Shown here: one piece after another, positions 1 through 9,484 of the stretch
How the letters are laid out: each line of letters opens with the position of its first letter
How positions within the stretch are numbered: position 1 is the stretch's first letter
Assembly (NCBI GenBank): GCA_963704165.1
Contig: CAVPHD010000007.1
Coordinates: 64,001 to 128,000, forward strand
DNA from: an uncultured delta proteobacterium
GTDB lineage: Bacteria > Myxococcota_A > UBA9160 > SZUA-336
Direction: 5' to 3'
DNA: 64,000 nucleotides
Notes under the pieces: model-generated
The model's database searches: none
Seen by the model: only the letters and a program-made list of their open reading frames with translations
Told to the model about the DNA's origin: nothing
Position numbers and translations under genes: made by a program

Positions 1-1758
1 TCGCCGCGGGGCTGGGCGCGGTCGAGCTCGCCGTCGCGCTGCACTACGTCTTCGATACCCCGCGCGACCGGCTCATTTGGGACGTCGGTCACCAGGGCTA
101 CCCGCACAAGATGCTGACCGGACGGCGAAAGGCGTTCGGAACCATCGGCAAGAAAGACGGGATGGGGAAGTTCCTGCGCCGGCACGAATCGGAGTACGAC
201 GTCTTCGGCGCCGGTCACGCCGGCACCTCGATCTCGGCGGCGACCGGCATCGCGGAGGCGATCCGACGCCGCGGCGGACGCGAGAAGGTGATCGCGGTGA
301 TCGGCGATGGCGCGATGACCGCCGGCATGGCGTACGAGGGCCTGAACAACGCCGGTTACCTGCAGCTCTCGAACTTGATCGTGGTGCTGAACGACAACGA
401 GATGTCGATCTCGAAGAACGTCGGCGCGCTGACGAGCTTTCTCGCGCGGCGCTGGTCGGCGCCGCAGACGCGCCGTCTCAAGCACGCGATGAAGACGTTC
501 CTCGAGTCGATACCCGGGGCCGGAGACGAGCTGGTCGAGCTCGCGCGACGCGCGGAGCAGAGCTTCAAGGGCTTCATCTCGCCCGCGCAGCTCTTCGAGG
601 GGCTGGGCTTCAACTACATCGGCCCGATCGACGGTCACGATCTCGCGCAGCTCGTCGAGACGTTCCGCAACGCGCGCGACATCGAGAGCAACGAGCACCC
701 GGTCCTGATCCACTGCCGCACCGAGAAGGGCTATGGCTACGAGTTCTCGCAGGCCGATCCCGTGAAGTACCACGGCGTCGAGCAGTTCGAGGTCAGCTCG
801 GGCGCGATGAAGAAGGCGAGCGCCGGGCCCGCCGTCCTGGACCGGCGCCTTCGCCGACGCGCTGATCGAGCTCGCCAAGGACGATGCGCGGATCGTCGGC
901 ATCACCGCGGCGATGGGCGGCGGAACCGGGCTCGACAAGTTCCAGAAGAGCTTCCCCGACCGCTTCTACGACGTCGGGATCGCCGAGCAGCACGCGGTGA
1001 CGTTCGCCGCGGGGCTCGCGACCGAGGGCATGAAGCCGGTCTGCGCGATCTACTCGACGTTCCTGCAACGCGCCTACGACCAGATCGTGCACGACGTCTG
1101 CGTGCAAGGGCTCGACGTGACGTTCGTGCTCGATCGCGCGGGCCTCGTCGGCGCCGACGGCGCGACGCACCAGGGGTTCTACGACATCGCCTACCTGCGA
1201 GCGCTGCCGCACATCGTGCTGATGGCACCCAAGGACGAGAACGAGCTGCGCCAGATGCTGAAGACGGCGATCGAGTACCCGGGACCGGCCGCGCTGCGCA
1301 TTCCGCGCGGCGCGGCGCTCGGCGTGCCGCTCGACAGCGACGTGAAGAGCCTGAAGATCGGCGAGGCGGAGCTTCTTCGCGACGGCCGTGATCTCGGCAT
1401 CGTCGCGCTCGGGCACTCGGTCGCACCCGCGCTCGAGGCCGCGGAGAGGCTCGCCGAGGACGGTCTCTCGGCCGCGGTGCTGAACGCGCGCTTTGCAAAG
1501 CCGGTCGATGCAAAACGCATCGGCGATCTGGCGCGCCGCTGCGGCGCACTGGTCGTGGTCGAGGAGCACAGCGAGATCGGGGGGCTGGGCGAGGCGGTGC
1601 TCGCCGCACTCGCCGCGGCGCGCATCTCGGTACCGGTGCGCGTGCTCGGCATCCCCGACGAGGTGATCGAGCACGGCTCGCAAGCGGAGTGGCGCGAAGC
1701 GCTCGGGCTCGACGCCGCCGGAATCGCACGCGCTTCCCGCGAGCTGCTCGGGCGGTAG
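1..1758 (+). CDS. dxs: 1-deoxy-D-xylulose-5-phosphate synthase; 5' end outside the window; one frameshift near 826-840
   Basis: Motifs WDVGHQGYPHK, GHAGTSISAA, GDGAMTAGMAYEGLN, GPIDGHD (frame of ORF 111..1391), then DVGIAEQHAV, YSTFLQRAYDQ, DGATHQG (ORF 913..1758). Confidence 0.95.
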
Positions 1759-1761
1759 GTC

Positions 1762-2508
1762 ATGGCGAAGGCGCGCGTGCGCCTCGACGAGCGGCTCGTC
1801 GAGCTCGGGCTCGAGACATCGCTGCGGCGGGCGCAGGCGCGCATCCTCGCGGGCGAGGTGCGGATCGGCGATCGGGTCGTCGACAAATCCGGAACCCTCG
1901 TGCCGGCCGATGCCGAGCTCGTGCTGAAGCAGAAGCCCCGCTTCGTCTCGCGTGGAGGGGACAAGCTCGCCGGCGCGCTCGAAGCGCTCGGGCTCGACGT
2001 CGCCGGACTGCGCTGCGCCGACGTCGGCGCAGCGACGGGAGGCTTCACGGACTGCTTGCTGCAGCGCGGTGCGCTGCACGTGCTCTCGCTCGACGTCGGC
2101 TACGGGCAGCTCGCCTCCGTCCTGCGCGGTGATCCGCGCGTCGACGTGCGCGAGCGCACGAATCTGCGCTTCTTCTCGCTCGAGCCGGACGAGGACCGAT
2201 TCGACCTCGTCTGCGCCGACGTATCGTTCATCTCGCTTCGCCAGATCCTCGATCGCCTGATCGCCCTCGCGCGCCCCGGTGGCCAGCTCTTGCTGATGGT
2301 GAAGCCGCAGTTCGAGCTCGAGCGTGGGGCGGTCGGGCGGGGAGGGGTGGTCCGCGATCCGGAGCTGCGCGCGCGCGCGGTGCGCGAGGTCCGCGAGGCG
2401 GGCGAGGCGCTCGGCCTGGCGGCGATCGGCGAGGCCGAGAGCGTGCTCGCGGGACCGAAGGGAAACCGTGAGGTTTTTCTGCTGTTCCGGCGCACCGCCT
2501 GCACCTAG
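1762..2508 (+). CDS. tlyA: TlyA-family rRNA 2'-O-methyltransferase (S4 + FtsJ domains)
   Basis: RLDERLV S4 start, FVSRGGDKL, DVGAATGGFTDCLL, DVSFISL, VKPQFE, GPKGNRE; conserved dxs-tlyA synteny. Confidence 0.93.
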   Translation: MAKARVRLDERLVELGLETSLRRAQARILAGEVRIGDRVVDKSGTLVPADAELVLKQKPRFVSRGGDKLAGALEALGLDVAGLRCADVGAATGGFTDCLLQRGALHVLSLDVGYGQLASVLRGDPRVDVRERTNLRFFSLEPDEDRFDLVCADVSFISLRQILDRLIALARPGGQLLLMVKPQFELERGAVGRGGVVRDPELRARAVREVREAGEALGLAAIGEAESVLAGPKGNREVFLLFRRTACT

Positions 2509-2529
2509 ACGATGCGGGTCGCCGGCGGC

Positions 2530-2564
2530 ACCTGATTTGCGCAGGTCGTCTTGCCGATTACACT
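2530..2564 (+). promoter_or_regulatory. Putative sigma70 promoter (-35 TTGCGC 2537-2542, -10 TACACT 2559-2564) overlapped by inverted repeat ACCTG-N7-CAGGT (2530-2546)
   Basis: Read by eye; the -10 ends 6 nt before the erpA ATG and there is no SD. Confidence 0.45.
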
Positions 2565-2570
2565 ACGCAT

Positions 2571-2900
2571 ATGTCCGTCATCACTCTCACGGAATCCGCT
2601 GCAGCCAAGGTCAAGCAACTGACCGAGCGCGACGGGCGAGAAGGCTACAGCCTTCGCCTGAAGGTCGTGGGTGGGGGCTGCAGCGGTCTGCAGTACCAGC
2701 TGATGTTCGACAACAAGGTCGGCGACTGGGATCAGACGACCGAAACCCACGGTGTTTCCGTGGTCGTCGATTCGAAGAGCGCCGTCTACCTGCTCGGCAC
2801 CAAGGTCGACTACGTCGATGATCTGAACGGGGCCGGGTTCAAGATCGAGAACCCCAACGCCTCCTCGACCTGCGGCTGCGGCCAGAGCTTCGGCGCCTAG
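2571..2900 (+). CDS. erpA: A-type Fe-S carrier protein (ErpA/IscA/HesB family)
   Basis: ITLTESAA, GGGCSGLQY, NPNASSTCGCGQSF with all three conserved Cys. Confidence 0.93.
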   Translation: MSVITLTESAAAKVKQLTERDGREGYSLRLKVVGGGCSGLQYQLMFDNKVGDWDQTTETHGVSVVVDSKSAVYLLGTKVDYVDDLNGAGFKIENPNASSTCGCGQSFGA

Positions 2901-3664
2901 AAGGACGGCAGCCGTCCCCGCGCGAGCTGGGTCAGCGTAAAGGCATCGTCGGGCACGTCCATTCCGATCAGGATGTTCCGCACCTGGCGAATCGTATGGC
3001 GGCCGCTGCGCAGGTCGATCATCTCGTCCTGCATGGGCACCCACCATTCGAAGTTCCGCTCGATGTTCTCGGGTCGGGCGCGATAGCGCTTCCAGAGCCC
3101 CTGCTCGTCGAAGTAGTCGGTGCGCAGCATGACCGGCCGTTCCTGCGAGACCCACGCGAGCAGCATCGTGTACGGTCCCTCGAGCGGGCGCAGCCGCAGG
3201 ACGCGGCAGCTCTCGCCGTCGATCCGATCGAGACCGAGCACCTCGATGCGGTACTCCGCGGCCGAGTGCGCGCGAAAGTCCGCGTAGTTGAAGTCGCTGC
3301 CGAAGAGCGAACCCTTGTAGCGACCCACGCTGATCGCACGGACCTGCCCGCGGCTTCCCTCCGAGGCGAACGCCCGGTCCTGCGAGCCGGGCCGCTGAAA
3401 GAGCAGGATGCGCGCCGTGTCGCGGCTACCGTCTCCGGTGTAGACCAGTGTTCGTGTCTCGCCGCCCTTGTTCTTGCGACCGTAGGCGAACGTGACGCCC
3501 TCCGCGTCGGGCTGGCCCTCGTCGATCCGGAGCTCGACCGCGACCAGCATGTCGGGGTCGTAGAGGTTGCGGAAGACGGTGTCGAGCGCTTCGCGCGCCT
3601 CCGGGCCGTCGAAGCCGGTGAGGAACGGGAGGAGCAGGACGAGCAGGAGGGTGTTTCGACGCAT
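2897..3664 (-). CDS. Secreted LolA-like / outer-membrane lipoprotein-sorting family protein (paralog 1)
   Basis: C-terminal part of ORF 2897..4408; signal-like N-terminus MRRNTLLLVLLLPFLTG; LFGSDFNYADF, DGESCRVLRLRP, RTDYFDEQG and PDDAFTLTQL are typical of this family. Confidence 0.7.
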   Translation of the reverse strand: MRRNTLLLVLLLPFLTGFDGPEAREALDTVFRNLYDPDMLVAVELRIDEGQPDAEGVTFAYGRKNKGGETRTLVYTGDGSRDTARILLFQRPGSQDRAFASEGSRGQVRAISVGRYKGSLFGSDFNYADFRAHSAAEYRIEVLGLDRIDGESCRVLRLRPLEGPYTMLLAWVSQERPVMLRTDYFDEQGLWKRYRARPENIERNFEWWVPMQDEMIDLRSGRHTIRQVRNILIGMDVPDDAFTLTQLARGRLPSF

Positions 3665-3705
3665 GCCGCACCATGAGGCGCCCTGCGTCGATCGGCCGGA
3701 TCGGC

Positions 3706-4518
3706 CTAGTACGAGGGGAAGCGCCCCGCTTTCAGGTTCTGGGTCGTGAACAGCTGATCGGGAAAGGGTGGGTCGAGCATGAGCTGGCTCAGCGTGTAGA
3801 CCTGGGTGCCGGAACCCGGCAGCTCGACGCTGCGGCGCGTCGGCAGAAAGCGGCCGTCGTTGTCGCGGACCGCGCTCGGATCGATCGCGACACGGCGCAC
3901 GAGTCGATCGCCGAGCATCCAGACCGTTTCGAGCGCCACGCCCGTCTCCTGCGCCAGCGAGTATCGGACGCGGTCGAAGCCGAGATTCGCCGAATGCGGT
4001 CGGCCTTCGATGACCCGGCAGGCTTGCTTCGCGACACGGGCGTTCGGGAGTCGCGCGAAGGTGTACTCGGACGCGATCGGCGGCTGGAGGTCCGAGATCG
4101 TGGGCAAGCCCGAGGCGAAGGGCAGACGCTCGAGCGGCGTGGGCACGCGCGCCAGCATCACGCGGGCGGCCTTCGCGCCCGCGCGAAACATCTTGGGACT
4201 GCGGTAGTAGAGGAGCTCGAGCGCACCCTTCTCGCGGTCGCGCAACAGGAAGTTCAGCTCGTCCCACGCGCGCGGTGCGAGGACGTGAAAGAACATCTCC
4301 GGGCGTCCCCCCTGCCAGCGACGTGCGATCGCGAAGACGATCTGTCCGCCCGCCCAGTCCGTCGTCCACACCTCGATCGTGTTCGCGCCGAAGAGCTGAT
4401 CGAACCACGCCTGCGCGAGCGCCTCGGGAGCGGGCTCGGGCGCATCCTCGGCGCGAACGGGTGCCGAGAGCAGGGCGAGAATCGACGCGACGGCCAAGGC
4501 TCGGGCCGACCCGGACAT
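3706..4518 (-). CDS. Secreted LolA-like / lipoprotein-sorting family protein (paralog 2)
   Basis: Signal peptide MSGSARALAVASILALLSAPVRA; ACRVIEGRP and PDQLFTTQNL..GRFPSY parallel the neighbouring gene. Confidence 0.6.
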   Translation of the reverse strand: MSGSARALAVASILALLSAPVRAEDAPEPAPEALAQAWFDQLFGANTIEVWTTDWAGGQIVFAIARRWQGGRPEMFFHVLAPRAWDELNFLLRDREKGALELLYYRSPKMFRAGAKAARVMLARVPTPLERLPFASGLPTISDLQPPIASEYTFARLPNARVAKQACRVIEGRPHSANLGFDRVRYSLAQETGVALETVWMLGDRLVRRVAIDPSAVRDNDGRFLPTRRSVELPGSGTQVYTLSQLMLDPPFPDQLFTTQNLKAGRFPSY

Positions 4519-4569
4519 GAATTCCCCTTCTGGCGACCTCGCGCCCGACGACGCAGAATGCCGCGACGG

Positions 4570-5772
4570 ATGCGCCCGATCTACCTCGATCACAACGCCA
4601 CGACGCCGTGCGCCCCGAGCGTCGTCTCGGCGATGCTGCCCTATTTCAGCGAGGAATTCGGCAACGCCGCAAGTCGCACGCACGCGTTCGGCTTTCGAGC
4701 CGAGGCCGCCGTCGAGAGAGCGCGGACGCAGATCGCCGCGTTGGTGGGAGGCGACCCACGGGAGATCGTCTTCACGTCCGGGGCGACCGAGGCGAACAAC
4801 CTGGCGCTGATCGGTGGGGCCCGCGCGCAGCGCCGGGCGAGCGGCGGCAAGGCCGACCACGTGATCAGCTGCCGCGCCGAGCACCGCGCGGTGCTCGATC
4901 CCTGCCTCGCGCTCGAACGCGAGGGCTTCCGAGTGACACTACTCGGCGTTGGAACCGACGGTCTCGTCGATCCCGAGCATCTGCGTGCCGCGCTCGAACC
5001 GTGCACCGCGCTCGTCTCGATCATGCACGCGAACAACGAGATCGGAGTCGTCCAGCCGATCGCGGAGCTCGCGCGGCTCACCGCCGAGGCCGACGTGGCC
5101 TTCCACTGCGACGCCGCGCAATCGGCCGGCGTTCTCGACGTCGACATGGCGCGGCTCGGCGTCGACTTCCTCTCGCTCTCGGCGCACAAGCTCCATGGCC
5201 CCAAGGGAATCGGGGCGCTCGTCGTTCGCCGCCGTTCGAAGCGCGCGCGAATCGAGCCGATCCTGCACGGGGGAGGGCACGAGCGCGGCCTGCGAAGCGG
5301 AACGCTGCCGGTTCCGCTCTGCGTCGGCTTCGGCGAAGCGGCCGAGATTGTCCGATCATCCCGTGCGAGCGACGCCGCGCGACACGAGCACCTGCGCGAT
5401 CGTCTACTCGCGAAGCTCACCTCGGCGCTTCCGAACCTGGTGCTGAACGGCCACGCGAGCCGCCGCTTGCCGGGCAATCTCAACCTCTCGTTCCTCGGCG
5501 TCGAGGGCGAGGCTCTGCTCGCGGCGCTGCCGGAGCTGGCGCTCTCGGTCGGCTCGGCCTGCACGTCCGCGGTGCGCGAACCTTCCCACGTGCTGCGCGC
5601 TCTCGGTGCCGGCGAAGCGCGCGCCCTCTCGGCGCTGCGCTTCGGCATCGGGCGGGGAAACGACGAAGCGGAGATCGACACGGCCGCGGAGTTGGTGATC
5701 GCCCAGGTCCGGCGCCTGCGCGCGCTCTCGCCGACCTGGGACGATCTGCGCCGCGCCGACGCCCGCACGTGA
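4570..5772 (+). CDS. iscS: Group I cysteine desulfurase (IscS/NifS type)
   Basis: IYLDHNATTP, FTSGATEANN, NNEIG, SAHKLHGPKG (PLP Lys), RSGT, SVGSACTS (catalytic Cys). Confidence 0.93.
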   Translation: MRPIYLDHNATTPCAPSVVSAMLPYFSEEFGNAASRTHAFGFRAEAAVERARTQIAALVGGDPREIVFTSGATEANNLALIGGARAQRRASGGKADHVISCRAEHRAVLDPCLALEREGFRVTLLGVGTDGLVDPEHLRAALEPCTALVSIMHANNEIGVVQPIAELARLTAEADVAFHCDAAQSAGVLDVDMARLGVDFLSLSAHKLHGPKGIGALVVRRRSKRARIEPILHGGGHERGLRSGTLPVPLCVGFGEAAEIVRSSRASDAARHEHLRDRLLAKLTSALPNLVLNGHASRRLPGNLNLSFLGVEGEALLAALPELALSVGSACTSAVREPSHVLRALGAGEARALSALRFGIGRGNDEAEIDTAAELVIAQVRRLRALSPTWDDLRRADART

Positions 5773-6149
5773 GCGAGTACAGCGCCGAGGTGCTCGAGCA
5801 CTTCCGCAATCCGCGTGGCCCGGGCCGGCTGTCGGGGGAGGTTCGCGGCGCGATCTCGGGCGAGGCGCGCGACGTCGATGGGGGGCAGCGCGTGCGGCTC
5901 CACCTCTGCGTCGGACCCGGCGGGCAGATCGAGCGCGCGCGCTTCCAGGCCTTCGGCTGCCCGATCGCGATCGCGGCGGCGAGCGCGGCGGTGGCGCGAT
6001 TCCAGGGATCGAGCGTCGAGGCGGCGCTGCGGCTCGGAGCCGACGAGCTCGCGCGCGAGCTGGCACTCACGCCCGATCAAGCGCATCTCGCCGAGCTCCC
6101 GCTTGCGGCGCTGCGCGACGCGCTCACGTATCTTCGAGCGCCGACATGA
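5769..6149 (+). CDS. Degenerate IscU/NifU-N family protein retaining only one canonical Cys
   Basis: YSAEVLEHFRNPR and IERARFQAFGCPIAIAAAS match IscU; GTG start overlaps the iscS stop (GTGA). Confidence 0.8.
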   Translation: MSEYSAEVLEHFRNPRGPGRLSGEVRGAISGEARDVDGGQRVRLHLCVGPGGQIERARFQAFGCPIAIAAASAAVARFQGSSVEAALRLGADELARELALTPDQAHLAELPLAALRDALTYLRAPT

Positions 6150-6766
6150 GCGAACGGCGCAAGAGCGAGAACGTCACCTGGAGCGAGAGTCACGTCGCTC
6201 GCGCGGAACGCGAGGCGCTCCTCGGACACCGAGCGGTGACGCTCTGGTTCACCGGCTTGTCGGGCTCCGGGAAGTCGACGCTCGCGCGTGCGCTCGAGCA
6301 GGCGCTCGTCCGCAACGGCGTGCTCGCTTACGTGATCGATGGCGACAACGTGCGCCAGGGTCTGAACTCGAATCTCGGCTTCTCGCCCGAGGATCGCAGC
6401 GAGAACATCCGGCGGGTCGGCGAGGTCGCGAAGCTGATGAACGACGCGGGCGTGATCGTCCTGACCGCGTTCATCTCGCCGTACCGAAGGGATCGCGCGC
6501 GCGTTCGCGAGCTCTTGCCCGAAGGTCAGTTCCTCGAAGTCTTCGTCGATTGCCCGCTCGAGGTCTGCGAGCTTCGCGACGTGAAGGGGCTGTATCGGCG
6601 GGCGCGCGCGGGCGATATCGCGGAGTTCACGGGCATCTCCGCTCCGTACGAGCCGCCGCACGCGCCCGAGCTGCGACTCGCGACCTCGGAGCACTCGCTC
6701 GAGGACTGCGTCGCGCTCGTCATCGAGCGGCTCGAGTCCGGCGGTGTGATTCGCGCGCGCGACTGA
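6146..6766 (+). CDS. cysC: Adenylyl-sulfate (APS) kinase
   Basis: WFTGLSGSGKST, DGDNVRQGL, ENIRRVGEVA, RDVKGLY, FTGISAPYE. Confidence 0.95.
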   Translation: MSERRKSENVTWSESHVARAEREALLGHRAVTLWFTGLSGSGKSTLARALEQALVRNGVLAYVIDGDNVRQGLNSNLGFSPEDRSENIRRVGEVAKLMNDAGVIVLTAFISPYRRDRARVRELLPEGQFLEVFVDCPLEVCELRDVKGLYRRARAGDIAEFTGISAPYEPPHAPELRLATSEHSLEDCVALVIERLESGGVIRARD

Positions 6767-6830
6767 ATTCGGTCGAGCAAGGCCGACCCGCTCCGCGCCG
6801 ATACGGGTGTCGATGCCTGCGTCGGCTTGA

Positions 6831-6859
6831 TTGCCGGCCTGCAGGGTCGCTGCTAGTCT
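6831..6859 (+). promoter_or_regulatory. Putative sigma70 promoter TTGCCG-N17-TAGTCT
   Basis: 17-nt spacer; an in-frame TTG lies 7 nt downstream (6867) and an ATG at 6897. Confidence 0.5.
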
Positions 6860-6896
6860 GGCGAGATTGCGAGGTTTTTCGGTGACGCGAGCGATC

Positions 6897-8729
6897 ATGG
6901 CGGGAATCCTGCGCGCGACGCTCGGTGCCACCGCCCTGTTCGTCCTGATCGGCTGCGCACAGCTCGAAGGCCTGACCGACAAGCTCCGCAGCGGTTCGGA
7001 CACGGGGGCGGGCCGCTCCTACCCCGTGGTGCCGGTTTCGCCCGCGGCCGAAGCCGGTGCCGCGTTCATGCACGGTCGCGCGCTCGAGCTCGATGGCAAG
7101 CTGCTCGAGGCCGCCGAATCGTACGAGCACGCCGCGCGTCTCGACCCGAACGCGCCGGAGCTGCAGCGCGCGCTCGCGCAGGTCTGGGTGGCGGCGGGTG
7201 AGCCGGAGCGCGCACTCGGGTATGCCGAGCGCGCACTCGAGCTCGATCCGGACGACCTCGAGCTGCGTTCGGGCCTCGCGACGCTCTACGTGCGCATGCG
7301 GAAGTACGATCGCGCCGTCGAGCTACTCGAGCCGCTCTTCGACGGGGGAGAGCTCAACGAAGAGGGCTCGTTCACGCTCTTCACGCTCTACCTGAATCTC
7401 GAACGAGTCGACGGCGCGAAGCGCGTGGCGGAGCGATTGATCGCGACCTCGCCCGAGGACGTCCGCGGCTATCTCGCGCTCGGTGCGGTCCAGGAGCGCG
7501 AGGGAGAGCCCGCTCTCGCGGAGAAGACCTACCGTGCGGGACTCGCGATCGATCCGGAGCAGCCGTCGCTCTTCGAGGCGATGGCCCGACTGCGCCGTTC
7601 GCAGAAGGACGTGAAGGGCGAGCTCGCGGTGCAGAAGGAACGCCTCGCGGCCATCCCGGGAGACCCGGCCGCGCTGATGCGAATCGCGCAGATCCAAGAG
7701 GACGCAGGCGAGCGGGATGCCGCGACGCGCACGCTCGAGACGCTGGTGGCGGGCCACCCCGAGCTGGCCGGCCCGCAGTTCCGTCTCGGCCTGTTCTACT
7801 ACGAAGCCGGACGCTACGACGACGCGATCGACCGCTTCCAGGCGGTCGCGCGAAGCGGCGCCGGGGGTGGGGACGGCGATCCGGAGCGTTACGAGAACGA
7901 GGTCCGCTACTTCATCGGGCTCGTGCACGTCGAGGCGGGGCGGAGCGACGCGGCGCTCGCCGAGTTCGAACAGGTGCCGCAGAGCTCGCCGCGCTTCGTC
8001 GATGCGCGCACGGCGATGGGGCGGATCTGGGAACGGCGCAAGGACTGGCAGCGCACGACGACGGAGCTCAAGCGCGCGATCGCCGCGGCCCCCGACAATC
8101 TCTCGCTTCAGGTCTACCTCGCCGGCGTGCAGCAGCGGAGCGGCGATCTGCCGGGCGCGGTGGCGATCATGGAGACGCTGATCCGCGCGAATCCGGACAA
8201 GGCCGATCTGTACTACGACCTCGGCGTCGTCTACGGGGAGGCCGGTGAACGCGATCGCTCGCTCGAGCTGATGCACAAGGTGCTCGAGATCGAGCCCGAC
8301 AACGCCAGCGCCCTGAATTACGTCGGCTACACCTGGGCGGAACATGGTGAGCGGCTCGACGAGGCCGAACGAATGATCCGGCGCGCGATCGCGCTCAAGC
8401 CCGAGGACGGCTACATCACCGACAGTCTCGGCTGGCTGTTCTACCAGCGCGGCCTGAAGCAGGAAGCCGCCGGAGAGAGCGACGCCGCGAGGAGCTCCTT
8501 CAACGCCGCGCGCGCGCAGCTCGAGCACGCGCTGGAGCTCCTCGAAAAGGATGATCCGGTGATCACCTGGCACCTCGGCGACGCGTACCGCTCGCTCGCG
8601 CGATTCGAGGACGCGCTCGTCACCTACGAGCGTGCGCTCACGCTCGAGCCGGAAGAAGACGACGCCGCGAAGATCCAGCGCGAGATCGAGATCCTGCAGC
8701 GCAAGCTCCGCGGCGCCAAGCGGGAGTGA
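6897..8729 (+). CDS. TPR-repeat lipoprotein
   Basis: Lipobox-like LIGC; many TPR repeats; C-terminal NASALNYVGYTWAE...YITDSLGW...HLGDAY signature. Start could be the TTG at 6867. Confidence 0.85.
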   Translation: MAGILRATLGATALFVLIGCAQLEGLTDKLRSGSDTGAGRSYPVVPVSPAAEAGAAFMHGRALELDGKLLEAAESYEHAARLDPNAPELQRALAQVWVAAGEPERALGYAERALELDPDDLELRSGLATLYVRMRKYDRAVELLEPLFDGGELNEEGSFTLFTLYLNLERVDGAKRVAERLIATSPEDVRGYLALGAVQEREGEPALAEKTYRAGLAIDPEQPSLFEAMARLRRSQKDVKGELAVQKERLAAIPGDPAALMRIAQIQEDAGERDAATRTLETLVAGHPELAGPQFRLGLFYYEAGRYDDAIDRFQAVARSGAGGGDGDPERYENEVRYFIGLVHVEAGRSDAALAEFEQVPQSSPRFVDARTAMGRIWERRKDWQRTTTELKRAIAAAPDNLSLQVYLAGVQQRSGDLPGAVAIMETLIRANPDKADLYYDLGVVYGEAGERDRSLELMHKVLEIEPDNASALNYVGYTWAEHGERLDEAERMIRRAIALKPEDGYITDSLGWLFYQRGLKQEAAGESDAARSSFNAARAQLEHALELLEKDDPVITWHLGDAYRSLARFEDALVTYERALTLEPEEDDAAKIQREIEILQRKLRGAKRE

Positions 8730-9484
8730 AGGCGCGTCGGTTCACGCTTCGGGCCTCGGGCGCGCTCGCATGTCTGCTGGTCTCGGCGTGCATCTCTTCT
8801 CGGGGTGTCCCGTCCTTTCAATCGGTCGCCGGCGAGGACGAGGCGGTGCGCGGTCTCGTCGAGCGCGCGGTCCGCGATGCGGACGAGCGCCGGACGCTTC
8901 GCGCGGTGGGCAAGCTTCGCGTCACGGGTCCGCGCGGTTCGGGCAGCATCAAGCAGGTGATCCTGGTCGAGCGGCCCGCCCGACTGCGGCTCGAGAGCCT
9001 GAACGTCCTGGGCCAGGCCGCGACGGTCCTGGTGACGGACGGCGAGCGTTACGCGTTCTTCGACGGGAAGACGATCGACGACGGCGAGGTTTCGGCCGAG
9101 ATCCTGCACGATCGGCTCGGTCTCGCCTTCGCGCCCGCCGAAGCGGCCGCCGCGTTGCTCGCGAGCCCCAAGCCGGTCTCGTGGCCCGCGCGGTCGATCC
9201 GCGCGCGCGGTTCCGAGCGCGAGGTCCTGTTCGCCGACCAGAGCCTCCGATTCGGCGTCGATGGCGAGCTCTCCGAGATCGAGTCGCTCGACGCATCGGG
9301 TGCGGTCGAGTGGACCGCGCACTACGCGACGTGGCGGGAAGTGCCCGGCGGCCGCTATCCGTTCACCGTGGTGCTCTCGTTTCCGGAAACCCGACTTCGC
9401 GCCGAGCTCGAGCTCTCCGCGGTCGAGCTGAATCCACCGATCGAGGCGAGCCTGTTCCGCGTCTCGCGGGGCGCGCCTCGGTGA
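8726..9484 (+). CDS. Lipoprotein, LolB-like/DUF4292-like beta-rich protein
   Basis: Lipobox [25 protein letters not shown]; sits downstream of the TPR gene, as lolB typically does. Confidence 0.6.
   Translation: MKARRFTLRASGALACLLVSACISSRGVPSFQSVAGEDEAVRGLVERAVRDADERRTLRAVGKLRVTGPRGSGSIKQVILVERPARLRLESLNVLGQAATVLVTDGERYAFFDGKTIDDGEVSAEILHDRLGLAFAPAEAAAALLASPKPVSWPARSIRARGSEREVLFADQSLRFGVDGELSEIESLDASGAVEWTAHYATWREVPGGRYPFTVVLSFPETRLRAELELSAVELNPPIEASLFRVSRGAPR

Noticed and set aside
3673..4569. 299-aa N-terminal extension of IscS in ORF 3673..5772
   Set aside because: It is antisense to the LolA-like gene; homology starts at MRPIYLD (4570).
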